Origin: an uncultured bacterium | GTDB taxonomy: Bacteria; Patescibacteriota; Minisyncoccia; UBA6257; 2-01-FULL-56-20 | Length of the DNA: 64,000 bases | Reading direction: 5' to 3' | NCBI GenBank assembly: GCA_963718575.1 | Contig: OY970358.1 | Location: 258,172 to 322,171 of the forward strand | In this document: piece by piece, positions 59,546 to 64,000 of the stretch | How the letters are laid out: the number at the start of each line of letters is the position of its first letter | How positions within the stretch are numbered: the stretch's first letter is position 1 | Program-made: the position numbers and the translations under genes | Notes under the pieces: generated by a model | Database searches by the model: none | What the model was told of the DNA's origin: nothing | Seen by the model: only the letters and a program-made list of their open reading frames with translations

Positions 59546-60445
59546 CTAGACCATCGCCCCGACGGCGATGGTGATAAAAAGTGCGAGCATGACAAAGAGC
59601 GAAAGAAAGAACATCTGCCGCGCCCAGTTCCTATTGGCGGCCACGGCGCGCGCGGAGAGATCGTTCCGGATCCAAAACCCGCGCACGCAAAGCGTGAGCC
59701 AGATGACGCCAAGGATAAGCGCGATCGTAAGATATAACGACCCGGCATAGCCGAAAAGCGGAAGGAGTGACGCCGCAACGATGAACTCTATGATGTAAAT
59801 CGCCATACTGATCTTCGTGCGCGCGACGCCCCGCGCGACGGGCATCACCGGGATCTTCGCGGCGGCGTAATCCTCCTCGCGCCGGATGGCAATCGCAAAA
59901 AAATGCGGCATCTGCCAGGCAAGCATGATCAAAAATAATATGAGCGCCACCACATCGATCCGCCCGCTCGCGGCGACGTAGCCCACGACCGGCGGCGTGG
60001 CTCCGGCGATCGCGCCGATGAATGTGCCGTACACCGTGCGGCGCTTTCCCCATAAGCTATACGCGCATACATAAAAAATAAATCCGGTGACCGCGGTAAG
60101 TGTGGCCAGGATATTCGTGAAAAAAATGAGGGTAAAAAATCCGACAACGCCGAGCGCGCTCGCAAATATGAGCGCCGAGCGCGCCGAAACGCGATGAGTG
60201 ACGAGCGCACGATGCCTCGTGCGCTCCATCCTTGCATCAATGTGCCGGTCGATATAATTATTGAACACGCAGCCCGAGGCCATGACGAGGCAAATGCCCG
60301 CGACCGTGGCGATGAGAAGCCAGACGCTCACGGGCACCGCGGTCGCATTTCGCAAAACCTGAGCTCCCAATAAGAACCCCGCGAGTACCGTAATGATATT
60401 CCCGAACACGAGTCCCGACTTGGTCAGCTCGTAGTAATATTTCAT
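59546..60445 (-). CDS. cyoE: Protoheme IX farnesyltransferase (heme O synthase)
   Basis: NN..DR.ID..M.RT..R, GA..GA.PP..GY, WQ.PHF. Confidence 0.95.
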   Translation of the reverse strand: MKYYYELTKSGLVFGNIITVLAGFLLGAQVLRNATAVPVSVWLLIATVAGICLVMASGCVFNNYIDRHIDARMERTRHRALVTHRVSARSALIFASALGVVGFFTLIFFTNILATLTAVTGFIFYVCAYSLWGKRRTVYGTFIGAIAGATPPVVGYVAASGRIDVVALILFLIMLAWQMPHFFAIAIRREEDYAAAKIPVMPVARGVARTKISMAIYIIEFIVAASLLPLFGYAGSLYLTIALILGVIWLTLCVRGFWIRNDLSARAVAANRNWARQMFFLSLFVMLALFITIAVGAMV

Positions 60446-60446
60446 C

Positions 60447-60806
60447 TTAAAATCCGTCCTGACTTTGGATGTAGGCGTTCATGTCGGCCGGGGATGCCAT
60501 CATGTTGTAATTCAAGTGATTCATGATCCAGATTGAACCGGCGACCACGATAAAGATGATGCCGACGACCGAGACGAGCGCGCCAAGCTTCCAACGCGGC
60601 CCGGATTCATCCGCCAGATGCATAAAAAAGATGAGCTGGACGAACAGCTGTGCGATGGCAAGGATAAGGATCGCGCCGATGAGGAAATTGGTCGAAAAAA
60701 CCGTACGGCCGGAACTGACGTGAACCCACACAAGCCACGCCGCCGCAAGCGTGAGCAGCAGTGAAAGGATGAACCCGATAATGTATGACTTGAGCGAAGA
60801 TTTCAT
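60447..60806 (-). CDS. cyoD: Cytochrome bo3 oxidase subunit IV
   Basis: Y..GF.LS..LT, Q..VQL..F.H, GS.WIM. Confidence 0.92.
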   Translation of the reverse strand: MKSSLKSYIIGFILSLLLTLAAAWLVWVHVSSGRTVFSTNFLIGAILILAIAQLFVQLIFFMHLADESGPRWKLGALVSVVGIIFIVVAGSIWIMNHLNYNMMASPADMNAYIQSQDGF

Positions 60807-60810
60807 GTGA

Positions 60811-61425
60811 TTACATGATTCCCATTAAATAGACCGTCGCGAAAATGAATATCCAAACGATATCGAGAAAGTGCCAGAAGAGCGTGAATCGGTCGAGTTT
60901 GGAAACGACGGCGGGCGTGAGGCCTTTGAGTTTGAGCTGGATGATCGCGACGACGATCCAAAGCAATCCGACGGAGATATGGAGTCCGTGCGTGCCGACG
61001 AGCGTGAAAAACGCGGAGAGGAATGCGCTCCTCTGCCAGCTCGCCCCTATCGCAACAAAGCGCGAGAGCTCGGCGATCTCGAGCGTCAGAAACGTCGCGC
61101 CGAGCACGAATGTGACGGCGAGCCACGCGATCGTCTGATTCACCTTTCCCCGCCGGGCGGCAAGCGTGGCGAGCCCGCAGGTGAAGCTTGAAGTGAGCAG
61201 GACGAGCGTATTCGCGAGCGCCGTCGGCAAACTAAAGAGATCGTTCGATGACGGACCGCCGAACGTGTTCGGTTTTAACACGAAATATACCGCAAAGAGC
61301 ACGCCGAAAATAATGAGGTCGGTCATCAAGTAAACCCAGAAGCCGAATGCGTGCCGATCGGCCGCTGCCGCCGTAGCACTCGCTTCGCGCGGCATGTCTA
61401 CATTATTTTTCATTATCTTTTCCAT
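60811..61425 (-). CDS. cyoC: Cytochrome bo3 oxidase subunit III
   Basis: FGFW.YLMTD, FFTLVGTHGLH, FWHFLD.VW. Confidence 0.95.
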   Translation of the reverse strand: MEKIMKNNVDMPREASATAAAADRHAFGFWVYLMTDLIIFGVLFAVYFVLKPNTFGGPSSNDLFSLPTALANTLVLLTSSFTCGLATLAARRGKVNQTIAWLAVTFVLGATFLTLEIAELSRFVAIGASWQRSAFLSAFFTLVGTHGLHISVGLLWIVVAIIQLKLKGLTPAVVSKLDRFTLFWHFLDIVWIFIFATVYLMGIM

Positions 61426-63419
61426 GCTATTTTTTCCATTTTCTCGATCTCGGCGGCCGGGATCACATATTCCGTATGCTCATCGAACGAACGAATGATC
61501 ACGCACGCGACGCATCCGACGAGGCCAAGCACCATGAGCCAGATGATGTGCCACACCGCGCCGAATGAGAATAAAAAGAAGAATCCGGAAAGATAGATCG
61601 CCATACCGGTGTTCTTCGTGAGCTCAATGTCCTCATACTCCGCACCGGCGGCGCCATGCGCCGGCACCTTCCCCTGTTTCTTCATCTCCCAAAATGCATC
61701 GCGACTATCGACCTCGGGCGCTTTCGCAAAGTTATAAAATGGCACGGGCGAGCTGGTCGCCCACTCGAGCGTATGTCCGTCCCACGGATCGCCCGTCGTG
61801 TCCATATGCTCTTTCCGCTCGCGAACGCTCACGATCACCTGCCATACCTGCATAAGCGCGCCTGCCGCAATGATGCAGACGCCGATCCCCGCCGCGATGA
61901 AGAACGGCTGATAGCCGGTGGATGCCGAATACGAATCCATGCGGCGCACCGCGCCCATGAATCCCAATATGTAGAGCGGCACGAAGGACATAAAGAATCC
62001 CACGATCCAAAGCCAGAACGCGCGGCGGCCGATCTTTTCGTTCAAAGTAAATCCAAATACTTTGGGGAACCAGTACGTGATGCCCGCGAAGATGCCAAAG
62101 AGCGCGGCGCTCACGATCATCGTGTGAAAGTGCGCTACGAGGAAGAGGCTGTTGTGCAATTCAAAGTCCGCGCCTGGAACCGAGAGCAGGATGCCCGCCA
62201 TGCCGCCGAAGGTAAACAAGCTCACAAATCCCATGAAGTACATCATCGGCGTCGTGAATCGGATGCGGCCGCGGAACATCGTCGCGATCCAGTTGAAGAT
62301 CTGCACCGCCGTCGGGATCGCGATGATCCCCGTCATGATGCCGAAGAACGCGTCCACGTCCGCGCCGGCGCCCATCGTAAAGAAGTGGTGCAGCCAGACG
62401 AGAAACGAGAGCATCGTGATGGCGATCGCGGCGCAGACCATGGAGACATAGCCGAATATCTTTTTGCCGGAGAACGTGGCCACGACCTCGGAGAAGATGC
62501 CGAACGCGGGGATGACGAGAATATACACCTCCGGATGACCCCACATCCAGATAAGATTCACATAGAGCATCGGATTTCCGCCGAAGGCGGTCGTAAAAAA
62601 ATGCATGCCAAAGAATCGGTCAAGCCAGAGCAACAGCGTCGTCGCGGTGAGCACCGGGAACGCGGCGATCACAAGCGCCATGCTGCAAAGCGAGGTCCAC
62701 GTGAAAAGCGGCATCATCATCAGTTTCATCCCCTTCACGCGCATCTTCAAAATAGTGACGATGAAGTTGATGCCGCCAAGCAACGATCCCAGTCCGGAGA
62801 TCTGCAGGCTCCATATCCAATAATCCACGCCGGTGCCCGGACTGAATTGCAGCTCCGAGAGCGGCGGGAGTGAGAGCCAGCCGCTCGCCGCGAACTCGCC
62901 GCCGACCACAAAGAACATATTGATGAACACGGCACCGGCGACGTAGAGCCAGAAGCCGAGCGAGTTGAGAAACGGGAATGCGAGATCGCGTGCGCCGATC
63001 TGCAACGGCACGATCAGGTTCATAAGCCCGAAGAAGAATCCCATCGTCACGAAGAACACCATGATATCGCCGTGCGCCGTAAAGATCTGCTGGAAGTGAC
63101 TCGCATCAAGGTAGCCATGCGTGGCGCCAAGAATCCCCGGCGCGTTGCCGGACGCGAGCGACTGCTGCAGCCAGATCATCGCCGCATCCAATCCCCCGCG
63201 GAAGAGCATGAGCGACGCCATCACGATGTACATGATCCCGATCTTCTTCGGGTCGGTGGACGTGAGCCACTCGCTCCACAGCCACTTCCAACGCTTGAGG
63301 TACGTCAGCACCGCCGCAACAGCTCCAAGCAACACAACGATCGCCGCCGTCCCGCCGATAGTGAACCATTGGTGAGGGAGCGCGGACCAGGTGAGATCGC
63401 CGATAAGGAAGTGAATCAT
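61413..63419 (-). CDS. cyoB: Cytochrome bo3 ubiquinol oxidase subunit I
   Basis: RG..D and H..QIFTAHG quinol-site motifs; WGHPEVY, WLHH, AHFH. Confidence 0.96.
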   Translation of the reverse strand: MIHFLIGDLTWSALPHQWFTIGGTAAIVVLLGAVAAVLTYLKRWKWLWSEWLTSTDPKKIGIMYIVMASLMLFRGGLDAAMIWLQQSLASGNAPGILGATHGYLDASHFQQIFTAHGDIMVFFVTMGFFFGLMNLIVPLQIGARDLAFPFLNSLGFWLYVAGAVFINMFFVVGGEFAASGWLSLPPLSELQFSPGTGVDYWIWSLQISGLGSLLGGINFIVTILKMRVKGMKLMMMPLFTWTSLCSMALVIAAFPVLTATTLLLWLDRFFGMHFFTTAFGGNPMLYVNLIWMWGHPEVYILVIPAFGIFSEVVATFSGKKIFGYVSMVCAAIAITMLSFLVWLHHFFTMGAGADVDAFFGIMTGIIAIPTAVQIFNWIATMFRGRIRFTTPMMYFMGFVSLFTFGGMAGILLSVPGADFELHNSLFLVAHFHTMIVSAALFGIFAGITYWFPKVFGFTLNEKIGRRAFWLWIVGFFMSFVPLYILGFMGAVRRMDSYSASTGYQPFFIAAGIGVCIIAAGALMQVWQVIVSVRERKEHMDTTGDPWDGHTLEWATSSPVPFYNFAKAPEVDSRDAFWEMKKQGKVPAHGAAGAEYEDIELTKNTGMAIYLSGFFFLFSFGAVWHIIWLMVLGLVGCVACVIIRSFDEHTEYVIPAAEIEKMEKIAWKR

Positions 63420-63423
63420 AGTA

Positions 63424-64000
63424 TTACATCGTCATCCCCGGCATATTTGCAGGCATCGCCGTCGTGCCCGTCGCCTCAGGCACCATATACTTTATTAGAA
63501 TAGTATCATACAGGTCTTTGTCGTATGACGAGTAGTATGCGGCAGCGTTGTTCTCGCTCGGCTCGGCGAGCGTGTTGTAGGTGTTCATATCCAAAACGGG
63601 ATAGGCACTCGTCGAATTCTGTACCGACGCGACCCATGCATCAAAATCCGCCTGCGACGTGGACTTGGCGAGGAACGTCATCCCTGCGTATCCCGCACCG
63701 TTGATCTCTGTGTCTTTGCCGGTATACTCGCCGATCGAGCTAGCCTCGAGCTCAAGTTGGGTCTGCATCGCCGCCATCGCGTAGATCTGACTGCCAAGCT
63801 GCGGAATCCAAAACGAGCTCATTGGCCCGTCGGCCGTCAACTCAAAATGGAGCGGCGTGTCCACCGGGAACTGAATGTAGTTGACCGTCGCGATCCCTTG
63901 CGCCGGATAGATGAACAGCCACTTCCACTGGAGCGCCACCACCTGGATCGTGAGCGGCGGCACGTTCGACGGAATGGATCTATACGGATCGAGCGCGTGC
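63424..64000 (-). CDS. cyoA: Cytochrome bo3 oxidase subunit II, partial
   Basis: IQVVAL.WKWLFIYP, SF.IPQLG.QIYAM; no CuA cysteines. Confidence 0.93.
   Translation of the reverse strand, partial: HALDPYRSIPSNVPPLTIQVVALQWKWLFIYPAQGIATVNYIQFPVDTPLHFELTADGPMSSFWIPQLGSQIYAMAAMQTQLELEASSIGEYTGKDTEINGAGYAGMTFLAKSTSQADFDAWVASVQNSTSAYPVLDMNTYNTLAEPSENNAAAYYSSYDKDLYDTILIKYMVPEATGTTAMPANMPGMTM

Overview
Chromosomal window that looks like a Patescibacteria/CPR (Parcubacteria-like) genome, an inference from the truncated AlaRS, RpoA lacking its C-terminal domain, TrmB-type regulator, pilin/LamG/lamin-tail surface proteins and many stand-alone ORFans. Core content: class II ribonucleotide reductase-pyrD-glycerate kinase cluster (frameshifted), a UvrD-nuclease fusion, the infA-rpmJ-rpsM-rpsK-rpsD-rpoA-rplQ-rplM-rpsI operon, alaS, rpoD, a class I RNR whose beta subunit has class Ic signatures, tRNA-Asn, and a cyoABCD-cyoE bo3 oxidase operon. 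The best finding is a ~9 kb element (45054-54044) integrated in the 3' end of tRNA-Asn. Its serine integrase gene appears split by the att site. Integrated, the ORF runs on through the antisense tRNA. After excision it would join in frame to a 39-aa C-terminus plus terminator at the far end. The element also carries a Rep-like gene and AbiV. Other leads: a promoter/terminator-bounded three-tetraloop small RNA, further unassigned structured RNAs, a SAM-lyase-like ORFan, DnaA boxes upstream of both RNR loci, and an M50-M15 peptidase fusion. All family calls come from motif recognition by eye, not database searches.
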